64,000 bases of DNA from a bacterium (GTDB lineage Bacteria; Bacteroidota; Bacteroidia; Bacteroidales; Bacteroidaceae). Of this stretch, positions 41,848-50,593 are shown piece by piece. Position 1 is the first letter of the stretch. Each line of letters begins with the position of its first letter. The stretch is taken from assembly GCA_963639495.1 (NCBI GenBank), contig CAVHWE010000001.1:4704-68703 (forward strand), written 5' to 3'. A model generated the notes under the pieces. It had not been told where the DNA came from and made no database searches. It saw only the letters and a program-made list of their open reading frames with translations. The translations under genes were made by a program, and so were the position numbers.

Positions 41848-42804
41848 ATGAAAAATCAGAAGATGTATGAAGCTGATGACAAGATGATCAGCATCATTAG
41901 AGACAATTATAACATTTTACAGAGCCTCGGCAGCTTCGGCATCAACCTGGGCTTTGGTGATAAAACTGTGCGCGAAGTTTGCGACGAGCAGAAGGTGGAT
42001 ACTTATACATTTCTGGCTGTGGTAAACTTTACAATTAATGGTTACAAGGAGTATGACAATGCCGACCGCTTGTCGTTGCCAACTTTGTTGCATTATCTCA
42101 AGGCATCCCACGTTTATTATATTGATTTCCAGTTGCCTTTCATCCGTAAGGAACTCGTTGAGGCTTTGGATGAAACGGATAATCTTGCCCGTCTTATCCT
42201 CAAACTTTATGATGATTATGCCCATAGCATTACCAATCACATGCGGTATGAGGAAAAGATGGTATTCCCTTATGTTCAGGCACTTATAGACGGTAATGCT
42301 AATGCAAACTTTGATATAGAAACCTTCTCGAAGCATCATGCTCAGGTAGATATGAAGCTGAAGGAACTCAAGAGCATCATCATCAAGTATCTGCCTTCAG
42401 ATGGTTTGCATAACAATCAGTTGAGTGCTACCCTTTATGATATATATAATAATGAGGAATGGCTGAGGCATCATTCTGAGGTTGAGGAAGAAATCTTTAT
42501 TCCTGCTGTAAGAAATGCGGAACGTAAGCTGAAGCAGAATGATGTGAGTGCCAAGATTTCGAGCATGATAAATCAGACTCCGATGAGTGACGAGCAGTTG
42601 AGCGACCGAGAGAAAGATGTGATTGTGGCTTTGGTTCAGGGAATGACCAACAAGGAGATTGCTGACCACCTGTTTATCTCTATCAATACGGTCATTACGC
42701 ATCGCAGAAACATCGCCCGAAAGCTTCAGATTCACTCTCCTGCAGGTCTTACAATTTATGCCATCGTGAACAATTTGGTTGATATTTCTTCTGTAAAGCT
42801 GTAG
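41848..42804 (+). CDS. Hemerythrin-like (ScdA/RIC-type) domain fused to a LuxR HTH regulator
   Basis: ScdA_N-like GFGDKTVREVC; His/Glu ligands SHVYY, HMRYEE, HHAQ, HHSEVEE; LuxR HTH LSDREKDV...TVITHRRNI. Confidence 0.85.
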   Translation: MKNQKMYEADDKMISIIRDNYNILQSLGSFGINLGFGDKTVREVCDEQKVDTYTFLAVVNFTINGYKEYDNADRLSLPTLLHYLKASHVYYIDFQLPFIRKELVEALDETDNLARLILKLYDDYAHSITNHMRYEEKMVFPYVQALIDGNANANFDIETFSKHHAQVDMKLKELKSIIIKYLPSDGLHNNQLSATLYDIYNNEEWLRHHSEVEEEIFIPAVRNAERKLKQNDVSAKISSMINQTPMSDEQLSDREKDVIVALVQGMTNKEIADHLFISINTVITHRRNIARKLQIHSPAGLTIYAIVNNLVDISSVKL

Positions 42805-42847
42805 TTTATCTGTGGAATATCAGTTTAAATAATGTTATTTTTTATAA

Positions 42848-42891
42848 AATGATAGCGCCTTTCTCCTAGTCTGGAGGAAGGCGCTATCATT
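42848..42891. terminator. Bidirectional terminator between the two LuxR genes
   Basis: AATGATAGCGCCTT...AAGGCGCTATCATT. Confidence 0.8.
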
Positions 42892-42936
42892 ATATTTAGG
42901 TATGTGATAATTCAGCATCACTATTTATGGTGAAGG

Positions 42937-43566
42937 CTAAATCATATTGATGTCAACAAAACCATGCATCACAGCATAAATGGTGAGTGAAGACACACTT
43001 TTTAATCCCAGTTTTTCCTGTATTTTCTTGCGATGGGTAATCACGGTAGTCAGTCCGATACAGAGTTGGTCGGCTATCTCTTTGTTGATTTTCCCTTGTG
43101 CTACCAGCGATAATACTTCTATTTCTCTATCCGACAGAACTTTTTCCTGAGTAACCGGGGGCATGGCAGGGATATGCTCGCCATGGGGATGACCGGAATG
43201 CTGCAGGTTGAGAAGCTCTTTTATCAGGTATCCCTCTGGTACATTGACGCAGAGACAATGAAATTCGGCAAGTTGCGAATTGGGATCGTTGCTGGGTGTC
43301 AGAACGATGACGTGGCGGTTTCTGTTGCCCTGTGTGAAGAAGTAACGGTGCTCCAACACAATGTGCATAGATACAAAGCTATGAACAAAATGGTCAGGAT
43401 TGTTTGCCTCATACTGACGGAACGAACCGAAGGTCGAGATTTTCATCATAGGCATCACCGACTCAAGCAGTTGTCTGAGTCCCATTGCGGCAAGCGTATT
43501 GCTCTCTACTATTGCCATCTCCGGCATCTGTTTGCCAGCCATGGCTTTCATCATTTCTTCATTCAT
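42937..43566 (-). CDS. LuxR-family regulator with a degenerate receiver-like N-terminal domain
   Basis: LSDREIEVL...NKEIADQL...TVITHRKKI. Confidence 0.88.
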   Translation of the reverse strand: MNEEMMKAMAGKQMPEMAIVESNTLAAMGLRQLLESVMPMMKISTFGSFRQYEANNPDHFVHSFVSMHIVLEHRYFFTQGNRNRHVIVLTPSNDPNSQLAEFHCLCVNVPEGYLIKELLNLQHSGHPHGEHIPAMPPVTQEKVLSDREIEVLSLVAQGKINKEIADQLCIGLTTVITHRKKIQEKLGLKSVSSLTIYAVMHGFVDINMI

Positions 43567-43620
43567 CTCTGTTTATTTTACTTCTGCTACTGAAAGTTGG
43601 GTTATACTTATATCTTGTTT

Positions 43621-44892
43621 TTATAAGAATGGAGTGAGTACCTTTGCTGCAAACCAGCCTTTGAATCTCTGCCAGCCCGTACGCCACTCCCGCCAGTTCT
43701 TCTCATTGAGTAAGAAACTGTCTTTCTTTTCCCCATCAAAGAGCTGTACCAGTTGTTGGGTGGTACAAGAATCTACAATCACAGCATTCTCCTCATAGTC
43801 CCAGCGTAGGCTTCGGGCATTGAGATTGGCACTGCCCACGGTACAGAACTTGCCGTCTACCATGATAATCTTGGTATGGTGGAAACCCGGTGTATACATC
43901 CATACATTGCATCCTGCCTTCATCAGTTTGTGGGCATTATAGAAGCCGCAGTCTGGAGTCAGTGGAATATCGCTCTTGGTAGATAGCATGATTTCTACTT
44001 TCACTCCTCTTTTCACAGCATTCTTCAATGCTTTTTTGAGCTTATGACTCAAGGTGAAGTAGGGGCTGATGATTTTGATACTGTCCTGTGCATCATTGAT
44101 GGCATTCACATAGAAATATCGGATGATATCCTTTGTTACATGAGGCTCGCGGTTGATGATGCCTACCATCTTTTTGTAGGCAGTTGCTGTTGTATCTGGC
44201 TTGAGATTCTCTACCAGATAATCCTTCTTCTTGTATCTCCAGAACTCAGTGCCGTGCACATTCTGTCCGCTCACCTTGTTCCACATCTTGAGGAATATCT
44301 TCTGCAGGGTATTCACTTCACTTCCGTCGATGCGGCAGTGCATATCGTGCCATTCGCCTACTACCTTAGTACCTTTTATATAATAGTCGGCAACGTTCAT
44401 ACCGCCTGTGTAGGCAATCTGTCCGTCAATGACTACGATTTTGCGGTGATCACGGTTGAATACAGCATTGATCCATGGAAATTTCATGGGCTTGTATTCA
44501 TAGATTTCTATGCCTTTTGCCCGTATTTCTTTAAGATGTTTCTTTCGCAGAGGCTTGTTGTTGCTGGCATTTCCGAATCCGTCATATAGGGCTCTCACCT
44601 TTACACCCTCCTTAACCTTCTGTGCAAGAATATCAAAGAGGAGGGAGGCGATGCTGTCGTTGCGAAAGTTGAAGTATTCCAAGTGTACACTATGTTTAGC
44701 CTGTCGGATTGCCTGGAACATATCATCAAACTTTTCCTGACCGTTCATCAGAAGGGTCACGGAATTATCGTGAGAAAAACTCACACCTTTCCCACGAAGC
44801 TGATTAACGATCAATGAATCGCTAGTCTGTGCGCTGCACAGCGAACTGGCAAGCATCAGTGTTATCGTCGTTATTATCTCTCTGAGTCTCAT
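43621..44892 (-). CDS. cls: Cardiolipin synthase (phospholipase D family)
   Basis: Two HKD motifs: HRKIVVID and HTKIIMVD. Confidence 0.9.
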   Translation of the reverse strand: MRLREIITTITLMLASSLCSAQTSDSLIVNQLRGKGVSFSHDNSVTLLMNGQEKFDDMFQAIRQAKHSVHLEYFNFRNDSIASLLFDILAQKVKEGVKVRALYDGFGNASNNKPLRKKHLKEIRAKGIEIYEYKPMKFPWINAVFNRDHRKIVVIDGQIAYTGGMNVADYYIKGTKVVGEWHDMHCRIDGSEVNTLQKIFLKMWNKVSGQNVHGTEFWRYKKKDYLVENLKPDTTATAYKKMVGIINREPHVTKDIIRYFYVNAINDAQDSIKIISPYFTLSHKLKKALKNAVKRGVKVEIMLSTKSDIPLTPDCGFYNAHKLMKAGCNVWMYTPGFHHTKIIMVDGKFCTVGSANLNARSLRWDYEENAVIVDSCTTQQLVQLFDGEKKDSFLLNEKNWREWRTGWQRFKGWFAAKVLTPFL

Positions 44893-44949
44893 GTCAACTC
44901 CTAATAATCTATTTGCTATAAATTATTAATTATAAATTATTAATTAAAA

Positions 44950-45930
44950 TCACACCATACATGCATAGTGGTCTACGATTCCTTTCAGATGATTATCCTT
45001 GTCTACAACCAGTACCGTATGCACCTTATATTGGTGCATGATGCGCTGAATCTCCGAAATCTTGGTCTTCGGAGTCACCATCTTCGGAGTGGTAGTCATG
45101 ATGTCGCTTACTGTCTTGTTGAAGAACTCAGCCTGCCATTTCTCCATGGCACGGCGGATATCGCCATCGGTAATCAGACCGATCACGCGGTTGTCTTCAT
45201 CCAATGAGATACCCAATCCCAGTTTGCCCTTGCTTACGTGGATAATAGCCTCGCCCAGGTGCATTTCCTTAGGAATGATAGGCATGTCATCGCTGCGCAT
45301 CACATCTTCTGCTGTGGTCAGCAGTCGTTTGCCTAATTCTCCGCCTGGATGGAACTGTGCAAAATCACGAGGCTTGAAGTGGCGTACCTGCATCAGGGAG
45401 ATAGCCAGTGCATCGCCCATAGCCAAGGCTGCAGTTGTACTGCTGGTAGGGGCGAGGTTCAGCGGACATGCCTCCTTCTTTACCTTCACGGTGATATGAT
45501 GGTTAGAGTATTTTGCCAACAGGGAATTTGGATTTCCTGTGATGGAGATGATAGGTACATTCATGTGAAGTACCATCGGGATGAAACGGAGCAGTTCATC
45601 AGTCTGACCGCTGTTGCTCAGTGCCAGAACCACATCCTTGTCGGTCATCACACCTAAGTCGCCGTGATACACATCCAGTGGATTGATGTAGAAAGCTGGT
45701 GTGCCTGTAGAGGCAAGTGTAGCGGCAATCTTGGCACCTACGTGTCCACTCTTGCCCACACCCGTAACGATAATCTTGCCTTGGCAATGATACATCATGT
45801 CGACAGCTTTCTCAAAGTTGTCGTCCAGATAAGGTATCTGGTCAAGGATGGCTTGCGCCTCGTCTCTAAGAGCCTGTTCGCCATAACCGCGAACAATCTT
45901 ATCATCTATATTGTTATTTTTATCGGTCAT
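44950..45930 (-). CDS. kdsD: Arabinose-5-phosphate isomerase KpsF/GutQ (SIS + CBS)
   Basis: GVGKSGH, HGDLG, EACPLNLAPTSST, FHPGGELG; next to kdsA. Confidence 0.92.
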   Translation of the reverse strand: MTDKNNNIDDKIVRGYGEQALRDEAQAILDQIPYLDDNFEKAVDMMYHCQGKIIVTGVGKSGHVGAKIAATLASTGTPAFYINPLDVYHGDLGVMTDKDVVLALSNSGQTDELLRFIPMVLHMNVPIISITGNPNSLLAKYSNHHITVKVKKEACPLNLAPTSSTTAALAMGDALAISLMQVRHFKPRDFAQFHPGGELGKRLLTTAEDVMRSDDMPIIPKEMHLGEAIIHVSKGKLGLGISLDEDNRVIGLITDGDIRRAMEKWQAEFFNKTVSDIMTTTPKMVTPKTKISEIQRIMHQYKVHTVLVVDKDNHLKGIVDHYACMV

Positions 45931-45991
45931 TTCTAAATCATTTGAATTGGCTTTCCCTTCGGACGCCGAACGTTGTTTCTTCGTTCTTCAC

Positions 45992-46741
45992 TTACAGGAG
46001 TTCTTCTATAAGTGATTCCAACTTGTTTAATTCCAGCATATTGGCAGCATCGCTCTTGCCCTGGTCTGGGTCTGGATGTACTTCAAAGAAGTAGCCGGTA
46101 GCTCCGAAAGCTTTAGCCGCCTTTGCCATTGCTGGAACGAACTTACGGTCGCCTACCGTCTTGCCGTCACCTGCACTCGGTCGCTGAACGCTATGGGTAC
46201 AGTCCATAATGACATTTTGCACAATCTCCTTCATGTCAGGGATGTTTCTGAAATCTACCACGAGATTGTTATAGCCGAAACAGTTGCCGCGTTCTGTGAG
46301 CCAAACTTCCTTGGCACCGCTCTCCAAAGCTTTTTCTACAGGATATTTCATATCTCTACCGCTCAGGAACTGTGCCTTCTTGATGTTGACAGTTTTACCA
46401 GTCTTGGCTGCAGAAACCAGAAGGTCGGTCTGTCGGCAGAGGAAGGCTGGAATCTGGAGAATATCACAAACTTCGCCTGCTGCTGAAGCCTGATAACTCT
46501 CATGAATATCTGTTGTAACCTGAAGGTTGTACTTCTCCCTGATATCTCCCAGCATCTGGAGTCCTTTCTCCAGTCCTGGACCACGGAAAGAGTGGATGCT
46601 GGTGCGGTTGGCTTTGTCGAATGAAGCCTTGAATATGATTTGGGTTCCTAACTTTTCGTTGATGCGGACGAGTTCCTGAGCTACTGTTTCCAATAGTTCC
46701 ATTGACTCGATGACGCAAGGACCTGCTATGAATGTTGCCAT
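45992..46741 (-). CDS. kdsA: 3-deoxy-8-phosphooctulonate synthase
   Basis: AGPCVIE, KASFDKANRTS, QIPAFLCRQTDL, DCTHSVQ. Confidence 0.96.
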   Translation of the reverse strand: MATFIAGPCVIESMELLETVAQELVRINEKLGTQIIFKASFDKANRTSIHSFRGPGLEKGLQMLGDIREKYNLQVTTDIHESYQASAAGEVCDILQIPAFLCRQTDLLVSAAKTGKTVNIKKAQFLSGRDMKYPVEKALESGAKEVWLTERGNCFGYNNLVVDFRNIPDMKEIVQNVIMDCTHSVQRPSAGDGKTVGDRKFVPAMAKAAKAFGATGYFFEVHPDPDQGKSDAANMLELNKLESLIEELL

Positions 46742-46747
46742 ATTTTT

Positions 46748-46775
46748 TATAGTTTATAGTTTATAGTTTATAGTT
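46748..46775. repeat. Heptamer tandem repeat (TATAGTT)x4 upstream of kdsA
   Basis: Four exact units; an inverted copy AAACTATA lies near 46804. Confidence 0.85.
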
Positions 46776-46816
46776 AATAGGAAGTAAACCTGATATTAAC
46801 TGTAAACTATAACCTG

Positions 46817-49177
46817 TTAATTATTAACTTGTTTGATTGTAATTTCACGCTGTGGGAATGGAATCTCTATGTTGTGATCGTTGAGCGTATCGTAGATGCA
46901 CTCCATGATGGTGGCATCATCGATGGCTTGGGTAAGCACGTTGACCCATACAACAATCTTGAGGGTGATGCAGCTGTCATCGAAACTCTTCAGTAACACC
47001 TTCACCCCTTTGTCCTGATAGATACAGTCCAGTTTCATGAGGGCATCAATCAGAATCTGTTTCACTTCCTTCACATTACTGCCATAAGCAATACCTACCT
47101 CCAGAATATCCAGCTCATAACCATGATTCTTGGTCATGTTCTTGTAGTTCTTCGAGAAGAGTTGCGAGTTCTGGAAGGCTATGACCGAACCGTCGGTAGC
47201 CTCCAGCATCGTAGAGGTATAACTGATACTGCTCACCTTACCACGGGTGCCGTCACAGATGATATAATCACCCACCTTCACACGGCCCATCATCAGAGAG
47301 ATGCCGTAGTAGATGTTCTCGAGAATATCCTTTGATGCAAAACCCAGACCGGTTGATAAGCCGGCAAAGATAGCAAGCAGCCATGATTTTCCTACCTGGA
47401 ACACGTTCAGGGCTATCATCAGCCAGATACTCCAGATAATCACCTGCATCACGTTCTTGAACATCACAATCTTTGAAGCAGCCGACCTCGGGTCTGCCTT
47501 CTCGAAGTGATGACGCATGAAATCTACAGAAGTAATGTTGATGTAGTTGAACAGGAAGTACAGACAAGCTACCACTGAAATACTGAAAAGCGATGCAGTG
47601 AAGTTGCTGGTCTTGATGTAATCCTTGTTGAATATCTCCCATGTCGTATCACTCATGTTGAATACATCTGCTGCCCAATAGATAGAGATGATGAACGAGA
47701 GTACGCCTGAAATAGGGAGCAATACCTTATAGATAAAGCGATACAGCCATTTGTCGGTAATCGCCTTGTCTGCCAGTTTTTTACGCTTGGCATATACGCT
47801 GAGCCATCCTTCGCAGCAGGTGATGGTAAGCACGCAGGTAAGCTGCATGGTCCACCAGATGATAAGCTGGACGGCAAGCAGTGTGAAACCTGTCCAAGCA
47901 AAAATGGTACTTACTCCGAATACGGCAAGCGATATGAATGCGTATGTCTTGTCGGTACGCAATACCTGGTTGTGCTTTCTGCCTATCACATTCCACTGCC
48001 AGAGAGCGCAGAGCAGAAGGACTGGTGGAAAGATGAGGTTTACCAGGTCGTTTGGTATCAGGATGATACGGAACACGATAACGATGAAACCTACCAGCAT
48101 CAATGGCGAATAGATACGGAAGGTATTCTTGATCTTATCGTTGTCTACGCGTAGCAAGATAGATACCAAGATGACGCCAACCAACCAGGAATATTCTACC
48201 AGCAGCTGGCTTGCCATAATCACGAAGTTCTGGGTAACCGCCATTCTTACGATACCGAGAATAACTGCGAAGGTTACTACTGTCATAGCCATGATAAGGC
48301 ATGGTCGTTTTGCCATAAAACTTTCCTTTCTGCTCTCGAACATACCATGCTTCATGAGTTGGGTAATTACGATGCGGATGGTAAAGAGATTGAGGAAGAT
48401 GGAGATGAGACCCCAGAAGATGATGATACCAAAGAGGATGAAGATGATACGAACATCCCATTGCGACATCATGCCCGGTACGGGCTTGTATTTCTCGGTT
48501 ACAGACGTCTTCGCCTCCTTATAGTTCATGCTGAAGTTACGGAGTATGCGCAGATAGTTGTCGCCTCCATTATTGAAGATGCTGTTCTGGATATCTTCGT
48601 ATCTGCGGTTGGCATAGTCGTTGAGTGCCTGCAGCTTACGGTCGGTTCTGTCGTATGCTTGCACATAGGCTTGCAGCTGTTTCTGTTTCTCTACCAGCTG
48701 GCGGCGGATATTGACAGCCAGAGTCAGGTCAACGTTTCGGTTCACCTGTGCTTCTTCGCTGAGAAACATGGTGTTCATGCCGTAGAGATAGTTGATGAGT
48801 GAATCGAAACGCGCCACCTCAACATTGTTCTTCTTGATCATCTGGCGGAAAGGAACAGCCTTCGACTTAAACTTCTTAAACTGCTCTGTAGCCTCATGAC
48901 AGGCATACGTCATGTCGAAAATATACCCATTGCGCTGCGAATAGAGCATGATGGAGTTCTGGTCAGCCTGTTTCACAATACTGATGAGTTCCTGAATCAC
49001 AGCTAACTGTTGAGCCTTGGCTGCTTGGTTCTGTTTCTCCAAGTCTATGTGATAGTTGGTCAATTCTGTGCGCAGCATATAGAGTGTTGTGTCCAGGTTG
49101 GCTTCCTTGAGCACAGCGTTGCTTGGCAGCACGAATGCCACCATCAGCAGAATTATGATGTATAGTCTCTTCTTCAT
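46817..49177 (-). CDS. Large MscS-family mechanosensitive channel (start moved to MKKRLY at 49177)
   Basis: Signal peptide, periplasmic coiled coil, multiple TMs, GLGFASKDILEN, KVGDYI, IEIPFPQR; TAACTTTG just upstream of 49177. Confidence 0.85.
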   Translation of the reverse strand: MKKRLYIIILLMVAFVLPSNAVLKEANLDTTLYMLRTELTNYHIDLEKQNQAAKAQQLAVIQELISIVKQADQNSIMLYSQRNGYIFDMTYACHEATEQFKKFKSKAVPFRQMIKKNNVEVARFDSLINYLYGMNTMFLSEEAQVNRNVDLTLAVNIRRQLVEKQKQLQAYVQAYDRTDRKLQALNDYANRRYEDIQNSIFNNGGDNYLRILRNFSMNYKEAKTSVTEKYKPVPGMMSQWDVRIIFILFGIIIFWGLISIFLNLFTIRIVITQLMKHGMFESRKESFMAKRPCLIMAMTVVTFAVILGIVRMAVTQNFVIMASQLLVEYSWLVGVILVSILLRVDNDKIKNTFRIYSPLMLVGFIVIVFRIILIPNDLVNLIFPPVLLLCALWQWNVIGRKHNQVLRTDKTYAFISLAVFGVSTIFAWTGFTLLAVQLIIWWTMQLTCVLTITCCEGWLSVYAKRKKLADKAITDKWLYRFIYKVLLPISGVLSFIISIYWAADVFNMSDTTWEIFNKDYIKTSNFTASLFSISVVACLYFLFNYINITSVDFMRHHFEKADPRSAASKIVMFKNVMQVIIWSIWLMIALNVFQVGKSWLLAIFAGLSTGLGFASKDILENIYYGISLMMGRVKVGDYIICDGTRGKVSSISYTSTMLEATDGSVIAFQNSQLFSKNYKNMTKNHGYELDILEVGIAYGSNVKEVKQILIDALMKLDCIYQDKGVKVLLKSFDDSCITLKIVVWVNVLTQAIDDATIMECIYDTLNDHNIEIPFPQREITIKQVNN

Positions 49178-49353
49178 ATTTAGTAAATTTGACTGCAAAG
49201 TTATTAATAATTCGTGAAAAAGCAAAGAGAAAATCGCCTTTTTTGATATATTAGCACCTTTACGTTCGATTTTTAGGGTTATCTTTTGCATTTTTCATAT
49301 AATTTGATTACATTTGCAACGTCAATGGATACGTTAATTAATCAGATAAGAAA

Positions 49354-50304
49354 ATGAAGATACTCATAGCAGATAGTGGCAGTACCAAGACCGATTGGGT
49401 TCTGGTTGATGAACAGGGTAACGTGATGGTTACCTGTAAGACGCAGGGCATCAGTCCGATTCATCAGAGTGATACCGAGATTTTGGATGTATTGTGTAAG
49501 GAACTTGTTCTGTCAGAACAGCCTCAGGAGGTTTTCTTTTATGGCAGTGGAGTAACCGAGGCGATGAAGTCTCGCATGAAATCACTCTTGCAGCAATCTT
49601 TTCCCGAAGCCAAGGTTGAGGCAGAAGGTGATATGCTGGGAGCAGCCCGTGCCCTCTTTGGCAAGAAACCGGGTATCGCCTGTATTTTGGGAACCGGTGC
49701 CAACAGTTGTCTTTACGATGGAGAGAAGATTGTGATGAACACGCCTCCGTTGGGATATATCCTGGGCGATGAGGGTAGTGGGGCAGTAATCGGCAAACTT
49801 TTCCTCAATGGTATCTTCAAGGGCACATTGCCTGTATCGCTAAAGAATAAATATCTTGCCTGGTCGGGCTTGGATTATCCTACTATTATTAATAAGGTGT
49901 ACAGACAGCCGCTTGCCAATCGCTTCTTGGCTTCCATCTGTCCTTTTATCTCAGAACAGATAGCAGAAGGTGAGAAACACGAGAATGGAACCGACGAACT
50001 GAATGAAGCCATGTCACTCTATCGTATGATACTGGAGAGTTTCAATCAGTTCTACGCAAAGAATCTCACACCTTATATTAAATATGTCAAGGCGAGCACC
50101 GAGGATATAAGTCAGTTGGAGCCAGGCATGAAGGCATGGCATTCATCTTTGGAAGAAGAAATCCCGATGCTTGGTTTTGTTGGAAGCATAGCTCATTACT
50201 TTGAATCACCTTTGAGAAATGTGATGGAGGATGAGTTTCATCTCAAGATTTCCCAGATTTTGAAAGCTCCGATGCCGGGGTTGATAAAATATCATATTAA
50301 TTAA
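49354..50304 (+). CDS. BadF/BadG/BcrA/BcrD-type ATPase (N-acetylglucosamine kinase-like)
   Basis: IADSGSTKTDW, ACILGTGANS, GYILGDEGSG. Confidence 0.85.
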   Translation: MKILIADSGSTKTDWVLVDEQGNVMVTCKTQGISPIHQSDTEILDVLCKELVLSEQPQEVFFYGSGVTEAMKSRMKSLLQQSFPEAKVEAEGDMLGAARALFGKKPGIACILGTGANSCLYDGEKIVMNTPPLGYILGDEGSGAVIGKLFLNGIFKGTLPVSLKNKYLAWSGLDYPTIINKVYRQPLANRFLASICPFISEQIAEGEKHENGTDELNEAMSLYRMILESFNQFYAKNLTPYIKYVKASTEDISQLEPGMKAWHSSLEEEIPMLGFVGSIAHYFESPLRNVMEDEFHLKISQILKAPMPGLIKYHIN

Positions 50305-50318
50305 GCAATTTTTGCACC

Positions 50319-50382
50319 AAAATGTATTTTATGCTACATTTTGGTGCTTTTTCGTTAAAAAATGTAGGTTGCGAAACATTTT
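50319..50382. promoter_or_regulatory. Two palindromic AAAATGT-N10-ACATTTT boxes upstream of the susC promoter
   Basis: 50319-50342 and 50359-50382; -7 element TATCTTTG at 50432-50439. The first box is also inside the terminator hairpin of the upstream gene. Confidence 0.6.
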
Positions 50383-50593
50383 ATACGTAATTGATTAACC
50401 AAAACATACCCCATTGTGTCTGTTTTTTATCTATCTTTGCCAACGAAAAGTAAATGTAAACAACGATAAATCGAGGCAATCCTCATAACCGAGGCTTATA
50501 CCTTATTTATATAAAGGCAATATTCGACCTATGTTACATAGGACCTATATTACACCTAGAAGCAACAATTATTAATTTAAACCTAAAGTAATT

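Noticed and set aside
44917..44946. AT-only 14-bp tandem (TATAAATTATTAAT)x2, and (TATAGTT)x4 at 46748
   Set aside because: Short low-complexity intergenic repeats in a housekeeping operon, with no evidence of a switch function.
49178..49291. N-terminal extension of the MscS ORF (likewise 33735-33797 for ttcA and 53745-53777 for susD)
   Set aside because: The extensions run through promoter or terminator sequence or the upstream gene; downstream starts give proper N-termini.
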